A stretch of DNA of 62,790 bases, filler included, from Hausera hauseri (Eukaryota): the NCBI GenBank assembly GCA_046269625.1. It is 10 parts of 10 records of this genome, joined end to end, with 100 filler letters (N's around TTAATTAATTAA, not from the genome) between each part and the next. Parts side by side here need not be neighbours in the genome. Positions count along the whole stretch, not along the records: positions 44,025 to 48,998 come from JBJURY010373925.1; positions 49,099 to 54,670 come from JBJURY010228074.1; positions 54,771 to 62,790 come from JBJURY010816530.1; 7 more parts are not named here. One strand, 5' to 3'. How positions within the stretch are numbered: the first letter of the stretch is position 1; each line of letters opens with the position of its first letter. Made by a program: the position numbers and the translations under genes. The notes under the pieces were generated by a model. The model saw only the letters and a list, made by a program, of their open reading frames with translations, was not told where the DNA came from and did no database searches. Positions 47,001 to 59,899 of the stretch are shown here, piece after piece.

Positions 47001-48019
47001 CTTGGAGATATCCCATTTCCATACAACTCCATATCATCCTCAAACAAATGGCTTTTTTAAAAGGTTCCATCAAACAATGAAAGTATCTTTAAAAATCTTG
47101 GCTGACACTCATCGTAATTGGATGTCCATTCAACAATTTTTTCTACTAGGGTGGTGCAACACACCCTCTACTACTACCGGTTATGTTCCAGCCGAGGCAC
47201 TCTTTGGGACTCCAATTCGGGCCTTATTTGAACTTTCTGATCTCGACGACAACCCCAGATACGAAAATATTCGTGCAGTACAATCTCACTTCATCGAAGT
47301 CAGCTCAAATTCATTCTGTCGTCTGTTTAACAACAATAAATCCTATATTCTGAAGGATTTATACACCGCCAAGTTTGTATGGCTGAAGGATCAATCATCT
47401 TCGGGTTTTAGACCACAATATGTTGGCCCATACAAACTGTTGAATCTTTCATCTCACACAGCTACCATCTTATGCCAAAATAAACCATACAACGTGCATA
47501 TTTCGAATCTGAAACCCGCTTTCTTCATTGACAAAAATTTGGATGCCAATTCTACCTCCAATTCAGACTCTACTCCTACGCCTTCCGATCTTCTAAATGA
47601 CTTTGCGCCCTCGCAGCAATCACTTTTCTGACTCTCCCTTTTATCATCTTCACCACTCTTTTCATCTCCATTATCGTCATCGCTTTCCATTGCATCGTCC
47701 CTTTTGCTTGACTTATTCTCCTCAGCACACTCATCCGTTTCATCACAAGCATCACCACACATTGAACCATATAATCTGACAAAACTTCCCTCACAAAATG
47801 TCACTCAACAGCCAAACACATATAAGTCAAGTAAGGCACGCAGAGTGACATATGGCACTTACAGGCAAGAAAATTTTTTTGATAATACACAACGCCTAAC
47901 ACATACCAAAATCGAATAGGCACTGAACATTGCTCCTTGTTATTTTATTGTTTTCATCGCCATTATCCTGTCCTTTTTATCTTACATAGTTTCTCTTCTG
48001 CCACGAGGGGGGGGGGCGG
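44025..48019 (+). mobile_element. Ty3/Gypsy retrotransposon (CsRN1/Kabuki-like), decayed: Gag end, PR, RT, RH, IN, PPT
   Basis: Gag C-terminus CIYYTKHESKARSCVPGC; PR FLIDLGS; RT RPCGDYR, MPFGL, YIDD; RH TDHKPL, VADFLSR; IN H..HHPG, CVVC, DLFGPLP, TDQG, YHPQTNG, GPY. Confidence 0.92.
48005..48019 (+). promoter_or_regulatory. Polypurine tract preceding the 3' LTR (LTR probably starts TG at about 48020)
   Basis: GAGGGGGGGGGGCGG followed by TGATGTGG downstream of integrase. Confidence 0.7.
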
Positions 48020-49471
48020 TGATGTGGTGCTGCGGTGGCGGGCGCAAATTGTGTCCCCATATCAAAAATGCAGCAGATTACGAGGATTTTTGATTTGACG
48101 AGGTCGGTGTTCAAGAGAGAAAATCAGTTGCTCAAAATTGATCATACACTTGGCGGATACATGTCGCGCAGTTCGTTTCAAATCAAAATTTACGTCATTT
48201 CACACCTTGTTAATGTTCTCTTCTAACAGGCAGAAGAATATAGACAAGAATGTAAACAGTTGCACTTGTTCTTGATCGCAGCTTTTATTCTATGATTTGA
48301 CTATATACAAATTTTATAAATAATATTGTATAAAAAATTGATTGTACAGAATTAATGATTACAAAATTTTGAACTGAAAATTTAAAATAAAACTTATTTA
48401 TTAGCCCGTAACTTGTGGATTTATTTCACCTGCAATATGGATTTAAATTTGTGTCAAAAATTCTTGACAGGCCAAAAAGTTAGACCAAAACCGTCAGCAT
48501 ACAATTACAAAATACACAAGCGAAGCCAAACAAAAACCAGTGACAGACAAGAAATGTCTTTCACAAGAAAACTACATTAGAAGAAACAACATCACAGATT
48601 AGTCGTCATCGACTAAATTCTCTCAACACAAACTTTAACTTCAGTCCGTACAAAAGTGCAACAGCCAATTCTAATAAATTAACGCGAAAGTCGTACGTTC
48701 AGGACTCATCGACAAATAAGGACATCCATATTCATTTGCCGGAACATTTGGATATTAAAAATTCAAATGGTGTTTCTCAGCTTTCTTTTATTGATTTACC
48801 AGTTGAACCTTGTACAAATTCAGACAATACACCCACTGTAATGATTCGGTATGAATTAATGGAACTTTATCGCCATGTATTTTACTCCATCATGAAAATG
48901 ATACGCACGTTCATCAGAAATCCAGAAAACGCCGCTCTGGATCAAAATAATAAAGACAATTTGGTGAAAATCAAACAGGACATTGTCAGTCACGGTCANN
49001 NNNNNNNNNNNNNNNNNNNNNNNNNNNNNNNNNNNNNNNNNNTTAATTAATTAANNNNNNNNNNNNNNNNNNNNNNNNNNNNNNNNNNNNNNNNNNNNTA
49101 TCATTCAAAATTTATGTTTCGACTATTATGTATTTTATTTGATATTTGATATTTTATCGCTATTTTTTCTAAAATATATTAAGAAGAAGCTTCCGATTTA
49201 TCAAAGGACATTCAGTAAATTAAAAGTTATACTACACAGAATAGTCGATATTTTCGTGTTCTTTCGAAATTTTAGGAACTGCCAGTGGTATGATTTTCTT
49301 GCTATCTCAATAATCCATCCAACGTTGATTTGTAGGTGCCACAAATGACATGAGGTTCTCAGTACTTGTCTTGGTCTCCAATTGGCGTTCCATAATACTT
49401 GTCATAAGCGTGGTAAAACGTTTGCAATGTTTAGAACAAAAAAAGCAAAAACAACGTAATTTGCGTATATA

Positions 49472-50722
49472 CCGGGTGCGCCAACAAAAATGCTAGTCTT
49501 TTAAATTTAAATGTGTGTGCGTCATATTTAGTGTTGTGTTTAAGGAAAGCTTATTTTTTGTATTTTAGCGTGGTATATTTAAAACGAACAAAGAAGCTTT
49601 ATTTACAAAAATGTCTTCAACAAATCAGGTGATTATGAATTTGCTGAGTGCCAGAATGAAGCCGAAGGAAGTAGCAAAAGCCTGTAATATTCACCGTGTT
49701 TCGTGTCAAGGCCAAACTTCGAGACACTGGAACGGTACAACAAAAAGAAGGAAGTGGTTTGACTCGGAAAATACGAACACACCAACTTATTAATGCTGTT
49801 AAGAATCAATTTTCACGGAATCCTGTCCAATCACTAAGAAAGATGGCTAAGACCATGAAAGAGAGTGCTACGACAATGAGAAGGGTCATCAAAGAGGATC
49901 TTGGGGCTCAATCATTAGCTAGAATTTGTCACCCATTGCTCACTATGGCAAACCGAGAATTTAGACGCCAAAGATGTCAACAAATTTTATCATTTTTAAA
50001 ACACAGCAATCATGTCATTTGTTCTCAGATGAGAAAATTTTTACCGTGGACAAAGTTTCACATTCCCGAAATGACCGATTTATTTGTTATGGTGACCAGA
50101 GTGATGTACCAGAACACATCCAACATCGGTTCAAGAAGAAGCACTTGTTGCCTCTGATGGCCAGAGAATACCCCTTGTTTTTATAAAATATGGTGATCGT
50201 CTAAACACAGAAAAATACATCCACATCCTAAGTGATCTTGTTAAGCTCTGGATTATTAAAATTTACGGTTTAGCTGACAATGCTGTCTTTCCTCAAGATT
50301 GTGCACCGTCTCATACATAGAAACGCACTCAAAATGGCTTGCTGATAATTTTACAAACTTCTGGCCTAAAGACATGTGGCCACCTAACTCCACAGATGTC
50401 ACCCATCTTGACGACAGTATTTAAGGGAAGTTACAGAAGGATGCATGAAGCATGGCTCACAAAAGCATCGCAGCCCTCAAATCCTCCCTCATTGACGCTT
50501 GGTCAAAAATCCAAAAGGACTATATCCAGAGAACTTGTCGGAGCTTCCGAACCTCAGTTGAAAAAGTTAGAGACAGAAGGCGGGTTTTTCGAGTGAAATG
50601 GTAAATAAAACATTTGCCACTATTTTTTGTTAGTTGATCTTTAAAAATAAATTCGCATAACCTTCGTAGTATAAAAGTTTTCTTTTGATTCAGTAAAGTA
50701 GAATTTTTGTTTGCGCGCCCGA
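49472..50722 (+). mobile_element. Tc1/mariner transposon (DD37D/maT-like), full length but inactivated
   Basis: Imperfect TIRs CCGGGTGCGCCAACAAAAATGCTA and TAGAATTTTTGTTTGCGCGCCCGA, each flanked by TA. Transposase pieces: RNPVQSLRKMA, FSDEKIFTVD, QDCAPSH, WPPNSTDVTHLD. Confidence 0.88.
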
Positions 50723-51859
50723 TACATTTATTTATTCTGTCTAATTATAAGTACAGAAAATTGAATCTAATACAATCTATCCGAAACCATAATAGTAGGG
50801 TAAAAAAGAAGATTCAGACACAAGAATAGGGATCCGCATACGCGAATCACTTGACCAATCGCGTTCGAGTAACGTAGATTCCGGTCAACTAGCACACGCC
50901 GAGTTCGATGGTACAGAGTATGTCGCCGCAGCACTAAAAGCAAATCAGGAAATGCAAAAGAAAAAATAAACTTATTCCAGAAGCAAAATCTGAGCAGACA
51001 TAGATGAGTGGAATTGTAGTTTAAAGTACGGACGTTTGAAATATATACATAACGTCTTAGTTGGGTGAATAGGTAAGGCGGGAAATTAGGTCAAAAAGAA
51101 GAGATCGGACCTGTGTGACCGTATGAAATGTGTTCGAACAAAGGCGTTCATGGTTTTGCGAGTCACGTGACAATCACGTCCTGCGCGTGAGGCGTGGGGG
51201 TATCATGCGACTACCACGTGTTATCAAATCACGTCGTATGCATGCCATTTTATAACATGAGAGCATTTCTAACAATTGTAAGCATAACACGTTTTGATAT
51301 TCTGAACATTAATAACTGCATATTAAATCTGACCTAAATACAAGAAAGATCATACTGAATTGTTCTACCGATTATATTGACAAAATCCAAAATGATAGAT
51401 AGATAGATAGGCTAGCAGTATTCTGATTGTTTTTTTTTCGCCGGTAAATAAACATCAATAATTCACGGACCACATTTTAACTCTTCTAATGTGTTTGTTT
51501 AAGCTTGATGATATAAATTTAAGTAATATTGGATAGCCTGTCATTCGAAGTCGTTTATTTGTCGCAGGATTACAGTTTAAAAAGTTGGTTAGTGTTTGTT
51601 TCATTCTTCAATATTTTTCTTTTTTAATGTTTAATTTTTATAGCCTTTTTATTACATAGTTATAGAGGTGATGATATTAAAAATATCCATAATGTGCATA
51701 TATACATATTATGAATTAAACCACCATTCCAAACCTGTTGTACAATAGGATATCCGATCCGAACGTCTGATAAATTAAGATCACAAAACCATAACAAATA
51801 ATATATTTCAAATTCACCACAACAAAAGAGTTCAAAAACAGAAATCATTTAGTCCTTGT

Positions 51860-52227
51860 TCATAAAAGTGTTTTTAAAGGAGGCCGTAATAAACAGCAAT
51901 GTCCACATAGTATAGTCATCGGATGTTGATAATGAAGTCTGTTATATTCAATATGGTATGACTGTCTTTCCATTTGAGAAACTAACGATGACGGATATTA
52001 AAATCCGAGCGGATCGAATACTCTGGCGACGTTGGTCGGATGGATGTACACAACAATCCTATGTTCGCCCGGCAACGATGAAGTGTGTGTATTGACAATG
52101 AAACCGCCACCACTAGTTTGTCGTAAATCACGCGGCACACAGCCCATTGGAAACACACCACGAAATTTCGCACCCAACAGCAGTTTTTTGTAGTGACTGA
52201 GCTCGGTGGAGCTAAATGTAAAAATAT
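51860..52227 (-). pseudogene. Adenain-like cysteine protease (not in the ORF track)
   Basis: Manual translation: FRGVFPMGCVP..FIVNTHTSSLPGEHRIVVY..VFDPLGF*..YNRLHYQHPMTILCGHCCL, giving the H/D/Q/C catalytic set. Confidence 0.85.
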
Positions 52228-52319
52228 AATTTAAGTATAATAGAAATAGTAATAAATTACTTCATAGTACTACGAAGTAAAGGTGAGACACAGCGGATTT
52301 TATTTATTTATACAATGTT

Positions 52320-53550
52320 TGTTCCGTTTTTCTTTATTTCGACCTCGGCATCAAATACACCGTTAAATGTACATCACGGTAGATTGCGCCAACGCTTTAG
52401 CAAAGTGAACCTCCAGTCGTAGGTTTCCCTGCTGAGGTATTTGAGTCTTTTCAACGTCATAATCCGGATCCAAGACAAACGTAAAGAATGGGTAGGTAAA
52501 TTTGAATAAATCCATCGATATGCCATTGTTGACACTTTTGTTCAGCAAGCCCATGTTGCGCACGATAGATTGCATATATGTGCAAACATAATCATCAGAC
52601 TCAAAGTTTTGTTTGTACGTCTCAACAAAATCCGCATTCCGACCCAAACTGATGTAATTCACATTGCTGTAGGTAAACGTTTCTGAATCGGTTGTATAAC
52701 TGCCCGTTTGTTGAAAAGTCGTTTGAATTGTAACAAGCACAAATTTCGGCAATCGCATTTCGCTAAACAGTGCATCTTTGTAAAATGTAGTTGAACCTTT
52801 CGGTATGGTGTAAAAGATGAGTTCTGTGCGTTGTAATGGATAACAGGAATTTTGTGTTTCCAAGTCCAATCGATGTCCCATGAGCACGGATGGTTCTACC
52901 TTTACACGACGTACGTATAATCGTGCTTTTGTAATTTTCAGTATGTGTTTGAGATTTGCAACTGCGGTTTTCAAGAAAAAGGACATTGTCGCTTCGTTTG
53001 AGCCGAATTATGGCTTTAACACCGGGCAGTAGGTATTTCGGCTAATCGAAAAAGTCAAAGTACAGCGGTCCACACATGGTAAGCACTTTTGATTTTGCCA
53101 CCAATGCCTGACGGTTTGATGAAGTAGTGTCATATCCGAAGATTTTTGTCAATAGTCGTTTTCGCATCTGCACTGTAATTCAGATCCGTTTCAATGAATG
53201 CTTTGATACTGTATAAACTGGTGTTGCCTCCAATTTTCACGCTGTTTAGAGTTAGTGAAGCCTCCTGGAACAGTGTGAGGAAAAGGTAATTTGCCTGTGT
53301 GACAGTGTCTATTGCAGCAAGAATCCTTGGCAAATCCTTTTTAACAATGATCTTTACACAGAGTAGCGTATCGTTCAAATCGAGATATTCACTGTCCGAT
53401 GCCATAATGTTAAATTGATTGTAGATGTTATTATCCGTTAAAACAAAATTAACGGGGTAGATTTCTTCAAATGCTGCATTGTCAATAACAATTTGTGGCG
53501 CGGCTTTGTCAAATATACTCAATTCAGATTTTGCATATGCTATTTGTTTC
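52320..53550 (-). pseudogene. Polinton double-jelly-roll major capsid protein (internal deletion and frameshifts)
   Basis: KSELSIF..PQ..EEIYPV..YLDLNDTLL; GPLYFDFFD..YLLPGVK; ARLYVRRVKV; GNLRLEVHFAKAL. Confidence 0.88.
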
Positions 53551-53904
53551 TCAATCGAAAATCGTACGCCGATGACGTTTGTTTATAGTTGATGATCTCA
53601 ATGATGCTATACGGCGTTTTCTCAATCCTCTACCAGCGAATTGTTTTTTGACTGATTCAATGACTCCCGGTGAAGCGCTTTTTATTTCTGTCAAGGCGTG
53701 TTTTTTCAGTGATGGTAAAATGGATTTGTTTTCATATAGTGCATCCTGTGCTGTTTTTGCTGCCACGGCTTCAATACGTTTCGACACCGGAAATGCTAAG
53801 CGTGCCAATGTACGCAACCATCCATACAGTTTACCAACGAAATACGGCCGTTCACCGCCCTGCTGAGGTTTACTGTAAATGGAAACGATTTCAGAATCAA
53901 TCAT
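53551..53904 (-). CDS. Polinton basic core protein (pVII-like) with adenain-type GG/GxG sites
   Basis: QQGG..YFVG..WLRTLARLAFPV.K..TAQDAL..GRGLRKRR, located between the minor and major capsid genes. Confidence 0.7.
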   Translation of the reverse strand: MIDSEIVSIYSKPQQGGERPYFVGKLYGWLRTLARLAFPVSKRIEAVAAKTAQDALYENKSILPSLKKHALTEIKSASPGVIESVKKQFAGRGLRKRRIASLRSSTINKRHRRTIFD

Positions 53905-54634
53905 GTTGTTGGATTAGACGGAAATGAAGAGTTAGAGAGGTTGTGGTACCGTACGGAAATTCAATAAGGTAGCCCGCGTCACATCGGATATTGACCTCAA
54001 CATTGTTTATAGATGTAGATGCCACAAGTAGGTACATTGGACCATCGAGCTTGACAGTTACATTGTCGCCAGCAGTATACTTGCTGCTTTCCAGATAAAT
54101 TGCACGGAGTAGCGGTACACGTACTCCACCGACCAAAATCAGTTCGGTGACGTTCACGTAAATATACATTTGACTTAGTCCAGTTTTCAGTTTGGGTTTA
54201 AGTGTTGCAACATGTGCCGCCGCCGTCTTCGTACTTGGTGCCTCAAACCCCTGTTTTTCAAAACCCAATACCATAGCCAAAGCTTTGTCCAATGAAATGA
54301 CGGCAATATCTTTAGCCAGGTCAAATTTAATGTACCAATTTGCATCTGACTCGAAACCTTTAAATATCTCCTTGTACTCTTGATTTGAAGAAAAGTGTTG
54401 ACACAGATGTTCCACAGTTTCGCAATAGACATTGTCCCCAATCGACACGTATAATGTTGACACCCTTTCTGCTGTATAGGTAAATTTCATCGTTGTCTGG
54501 TAATATACGGGACTTAATCTTGGACCAACTATATATTCATTTTTAATATGTTTATTGTACTCTGTATTTTTGAATCCAAATTTCTGCGCTATTTCAGAGG
54601 ACTCAAAGGTAACAGTAAATTCAAAATCTGCCAT
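53897..54634 (-). CDS. Polinton minor capsid (penton) protein, probably 5' truncated
   Basis: LAMVLGF; MYIYVNV..LVGGVRVPLLRAI; PMYLLV..INNVEVNIRCDAG; TLHFR. Confidence 0.85.
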   Translation of the reverse strand: MADFEFTVTFESSEIAQKFGFKNTEYNKHIKNEYIVGPRLSPVYYQTTMKFTYTAERVSTLYVSIGDNVYCETVEHLCQHFSSNQEYKEIFKGFESDANWYIKFDLAKDIAVISLDKALAMVLGFEKQGFEAPSTKTAAAHVATLKPKLKTGLSQMYIYVNVTELILVGGVRVPLLRAIYLESSKYTAGDNVTVKLDGPMYLLVASTSINNVEVNIRCDAGYLIEFPYGTTTSLTLHFRLIQQHD

Positions 54635-57600
54635 AAAATGTAAGTTTTGATCTAAAATAAAAACACCGATNNNNNNNNNNNNNNNNNNNNNNNNNNNNNN
54701 NNNNNNNNNNNNNNTTAATTAATTAANNNNNNNNNNNNNNNNNNNNNNNNNNNNNNNNNNNNNNNNNNNNGAAACGGTGGCTCTGCTGACGCCCCTACGC
54801 ACCTCATGGTGTATGGGACAATTTTTCAATTTTTTTTTAGTCAAAGGGGCAAAAATAAGCAGCCGTGTTCCTAAAAATGTGAGGAAATAAATTTGTATAA
54901 AACCAGAAAAAGTTGCCCATTCTACGCACTCTGTTTCTATGCCAACGACAGTGATGACATGTGACCTGTTGGAACATGGCAGATGCTGAATGAGTTCAGC
55001 TGTGTGCCATGATAAAGGTCGTGTCCCTCTGTTTTGGCATTTTGGCCAGCAGAGGGGGCACAGAGGCACGGATCATCGATGTCTTAGATTCTCCTCATTG
55101 ATGATCACCTGTGTCTAATGAATGTCAATTTGCCAGCTCCTCATATCTTAAAGCTTCTATTTTGCTCTTGTCTGGTCTTCCACTGGTGTTATTTCTTTAT
55201 GGAACAACATCATGTGTCAAGGCAATTGTGGGCCTCCTGGTGGAAGCACGCTGACATAATATAATATTGTTTATTAGATATTGCTCATAAGAACATTGCA
55301 GACATTTCAGAACGCTTCACGGCCCACATATCAAATCTGACGTACTGAACCTACACGATTACAAAGATCGTATTTATTTTATAAAGCTTTAAAAACCATT
55401 ACTTAAAAACATTTTAAATTTCCTCTTTGACCAGAGTATTTAGATTATTTAGGTTAGTCTAATGATGAATCGAATGATTAACATGATGTTTTATAAGGTT
55501 TTATGTTGAAAAAAATTATTTCTAATACTTCACCCTTGTAAGAATGTATGTGAAAAAAGAACGACTTATTTTCTGATACTGGGTAATGAGTAGCAGAAGA
55601 CAAGTAAACTGAAATGAGCACAGAAGTATTTACTTATACAAAGAGGGTTATAAATAAAAATCAATCCGAGTTGTGAGAAACCTAATCGAACTAGAAAGAG
55701 TTCGCAAAAGCGCATTGGTAGATTTGTACTTGTTGTTTCTGAAGGGGAAGGGAACCTCGAAATGTGGGGAGAGTAAATTAAAAAGGGATTACGGTTCTTC
55801 AGCTTCATATCATGACAGAAATGTTATAGGAGAAATTAACTACACTATATATTGACAGTGTTAGTAGATCGCGTATCTACCATTCCGACATCAACGTCAT
55901 TCGATGATTGTAAGATTGAATTCTGCATAAGAAATTTATTATAAAAGTTGGTATAACAATTATCTTCTTTACTCATTAAATGAATCTTATTTTCATCCTT
56001 TTTTGAATTTCCTGACTTTATATTGGCTATTTATTGAATTGACTTTGAATTGAATTTAAACATTAATATTCCATTGTTGGATACAGGGGTTTCTTCCAAC
56101 CTTTAATACGTATCCACATATAAATTATAGGACACTCATAATTTCTTACTAAGATAAAATCCGGTATTCGTGAGTCCTTCATTCAACCTGCCTTTAGCAA
56201 TTACAAGGTCAAATAATTTAAATATTACCCTCTTCGTTCTAATCAATCAATCAGTAAGATTTACATAGGATTAGTGATTTTTCAATGTCTGTTAGGGTAC
56301 TTTGACATTTTGTATGCTATTCAGCGTTTATATCCTTGTTATTCCCAATGCATTTACGTGATTGAAATGACAATATTCGTTAAGATACCCATGTCTCGAT
56401 TTACGGTTTTAAAAAACTATTAATGTTTCTTTATTAGGGGAATTATTAGTGTTTATGCTTCATAGCTCATTTCGACATCAACTTTTGGCAGCAATAGTGT
56501 AATACACGTATATGCATTTAGGAATTTTCTCAATTGTTATTTAAAACAAATACCTGATAGTATTAATAATTTACTATCCAGTTTAACCATACAATGGCTG
56601 AGTCAACCTCATTGATCTCAAATAACCATTCATTCGTAGATTATACGAGGATCATCGTTTCTTCATAATGTAAGACCTGTTTCCAATTCTGAAATCTATA
56701 TTGATAAATTGCTGACACGACTTATTATTTCCATTCCATTAATACAGTTCATAAATTTATTAGAAGTTTATCATCATCATAAAAATATTACTTAAAGATA
56801 ATTAAAATGATGGATTTATGAATTTGGCGCTTATCATTTTATACTTTTACCAATCATATCATTATCTATCAGTACTCCAATCATGAGTTTAGCATGTCGG
56901 ATATCTAAACGGTGGCCTTAACTCCGATCAATAAGAATTACATAGAAAGGTTTCATTTTGAGTATCTCACTGCACATACCTGATATTTACTAAACAATTA
57001 CGTGGTCCCTAATAGTCAATTATCAAAACTTCCAGTTGCGATATCCATTCAGATGTACGTGCTATTTATTTCTGATAATCTATTAGTATTTTCAACTGTA
57101 GGATCGACGGTTGCCTCACGTATTCAACAAAATAACGACAATCGTCGTCAGATTTACGAAGTATCAATATTAGTATAATTTAAATATACTATGAAGTATA
57201 AATAGTATTCATAATTGAGATAAACCCTTCCTCAGTAAGATAAACCCTTCCTCAGTAATGCAAATCAACTCTCGTGAATCACGTACGACATTCCATTTCC
57301 GTTCTCTGCATTGGCAAATGGATATCATTAATAGGAAGTCGATCACAATACCACAATAAGACCCATGAATTGTCATCGGATTTGATCAGAATGAATCCTT
57401 TGTTTGTTCTAAACAATTGAACGGCATTGGTCTGTCAGGTCATCTATTCTTTAGATTGTATAATCATTTCTCCACTCCATTTATAAGATGATCTTGCACT
57501 CCCAGCACTTGTCATAAAGTATTCTAGTATCAGCTGTACCACAGACTCACCAAATCAACTCAATCTGACACTAAACTTGTAGTGCTCCATATTTAATATA

Positions 57601-58039
57601 AAATAACATTTATTAAATAACAAAATGTACATATAACAAAAATTGAAATTCTCGCGGCATTCGAATAATTATTTATATAAAAACAAATAATAGGATTTTC
57701 CTTACTCATTTCTGATTCATTGCACATGTTATCACTACGTGCATCAGCCATTATATCGACAAGAATGGTTATATTTTTAAAATCAAGAAGGATATGGATC
57801 TGTACTGTTCAAAGATTTCTTGTTATTCGTAGTCCTTTGGATAAGATATGTTCGTATTCTTCTACTGTAAGATAGCTAATGAAGAGCAAGTAAAATTTTT
57901 ACACTCAATAACTTACTTATAAGTAAGTTCAATGGTCTTTGGAATAAATGTAGCAGAGAGACTAGGCTAATTGTAAATCGTAAATTGCGTTGTTGTTTGT
58001 GTAAGTTTTATCGAGTTTATATACCGTGTATCATTTTAT

Positions 58040-58260
58040 TTTTAGAATCTATTTTCAAAATGCGTCACTATTCTATTTTCAAAATGCGTCACTATTTCGA
58101 AATATTATTTTTAGAAATCACTGTTTACTGTATTCTGAATTGTACGTCATTTCTATTTTTCAAAATGAATGTTACTGTTTAGTGCGTTCTGGAATTGTGC
58201 GTCATTTCATTTTAGAAAATGCGTCACTATTTAGAAAGTGCGTCATTGTTTATTATTAGG
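58040..58260. promoter_or_regulatory. AT-rich block of repeated AAATGCGTCACTAT (TGACGCA, CRE/AP-1-like) motifs next to a minus-strand TATA box
   Basis: At least five TGCGTCA copies; TATATAAA on the minus strand near 58016-58023. Confidence 0.55.
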
Positions 58261-58580
58261 CATTCTTAGAATTATGAATCATCTCTGCGTTACCTTTTAT
58301 TTAATGAAATTAATCAATTTATTTAATTAACCAGCCGCTATTATATTGAGCTTTGGAGGACACAATTATTGTACATTTGTCAGTGAAAATAAAAGGAATG
58401 CCCATCAGCGGGGCTTAACAAAATGAAAGTAAGATGTCCAGATGATGTTAAAAAGTCGTTAATCATAAAATGCATCGTTAAACGTCGTGTCATAAAGCAT
58501 GTAAAGTTAAGTTAATCTGGAGTCCCAATAAAACATGTAAAGTTAATCTTCTGGATCTAGAGTCTAATTTTCTGGATCTT

Positions 58581-59883
58581 CTAATTTTCTGGAGCTGAAT
58601 CTGGGGTCCTAACATTTCTCCCCCCTTTGAAAAAGATTCGGTCCTCCGGATCAGTCTGAGTATCAACATCGATAAAACTGAGGTTTCTGGGTCTGATTGT
58701 CAAAATCGCGTCATTCACTGGGTTCATCCAATGGCATAATTGCTGAGTACGGTTGTCGTAAGTATAGGAGAAGTGGTAGTAGATTGATGGTTGTCGACAG
58801 TATGGACACGAAATGCCATTTTGAAATGTCATTTGGAGTGCATCTTATGGGTTGATTGATTTGAGAGATTGAGAACGAAGTTTGTTGAAACAAGTGGCAC
58901 ACAATTTGTGGTTGCATTGAATCTGAACTACTGTTATTCTTTCGGTAAGACATATTGTACATTCGTAGGTGGGAAGTTGATCGTAGTAGAGAGAGACTGT
59001 AATGTTGCCCATAGATCAGGAGGGGCTAAGTCAGAAATAAGGTCGATTGGACATTTATTGAAAACAGGAAACCAATCTTCTTGTAAAGATATTGGTAGTG
59101 GTGGACTATACGAAATAGTTGGTGTAGGTATTATTGTGGGCACCTGCACTGGTAATTCAGGTAATGGTCTAGTAATTCGTTCAGGTTGATAACGTGGATG
59201 CGGTATTGAAGACGGCTGTCGTAGAAGAGTCATAACATTTATATGGGGTAAAGGTACTTGAAAGGTAATTGGTGGTGGTCTAGTTATCGTAGAAGGATCG
59301 AATCGATGAATTGGAAATTTGATTCGAATTGATGATTGTTGTTCTAGTCGGAAGTATCTTGTTGGAAGTATTTGAGGAATTGGCGTATTGGTTATAGTAA
59401 GGAGAGCTCTTCTGGGATGGTGGAAATATGAGTAAATAAATTGAGGGCAGAAATTGCATATGCTACAGATTAAGTATTGATGGTGAGATTCTAGTTGATA
59501 ACAATGGGCACAGTACTCAGCATTACAACAACTAAATTGGTAGGCTATTCTATTAGGTTTTTGACATAGACAACACATGTGTAATTGAAAACATGAAATG
59601 GAGAAAGGGGTGGATATATTCCAGGTGTAGTAATAGGTAGTATGGTCTGTAGGTTCAATGATATCGAAGGTCTGGGCATCTAGTAATGATTGGTCAGCGT
59701 CAGATGGGTATGCATCATGGTGAATACAATATTTGATTTCATATGTACAAACAGGACAATAAGGTGTAGGATGGGCCTGTAATCGAATTCGTTCTATACA
59801 GAATAGACAAACCATATGTAGGCATGGTGTTAATCTATACACCTCGCTGAGGATTACTCTGCAGAACATACATTCTGGAAGAT
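58581..59883 (-). pseudogene. Triple-RING-finger protein, copy 1 (frameshift and stop)
   Basis: RING1 CMFC..CLHMVCLFC..CPVC; RING2 CCLC..CCNAEYCAHC..CSIC; RING3 CTIC..CNHKLCATC..CPYC. A CT-repeat slip near 58990 and a TAA near 58845 break it relative to copy 2. Confidence 0.8.
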
Positions 59884-59899
59884 CTAAATATAAATGAAG

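Noticed and set aside
48020-48998. Exact extent of the 3' LTR and ORF 48736-49050
   Set aside because: No second LTR is available for comparison, and the ORF has no recognisable motif and runs into the spacer.
58040-58260. Short repeats with variable spacers, CRISPR-like at first glance
   Set aside because: Repeats are only about 7-20 bp, irregularly spaced and centred on a CRE/AP-1-like motif; treated as a promoter or enhancer.
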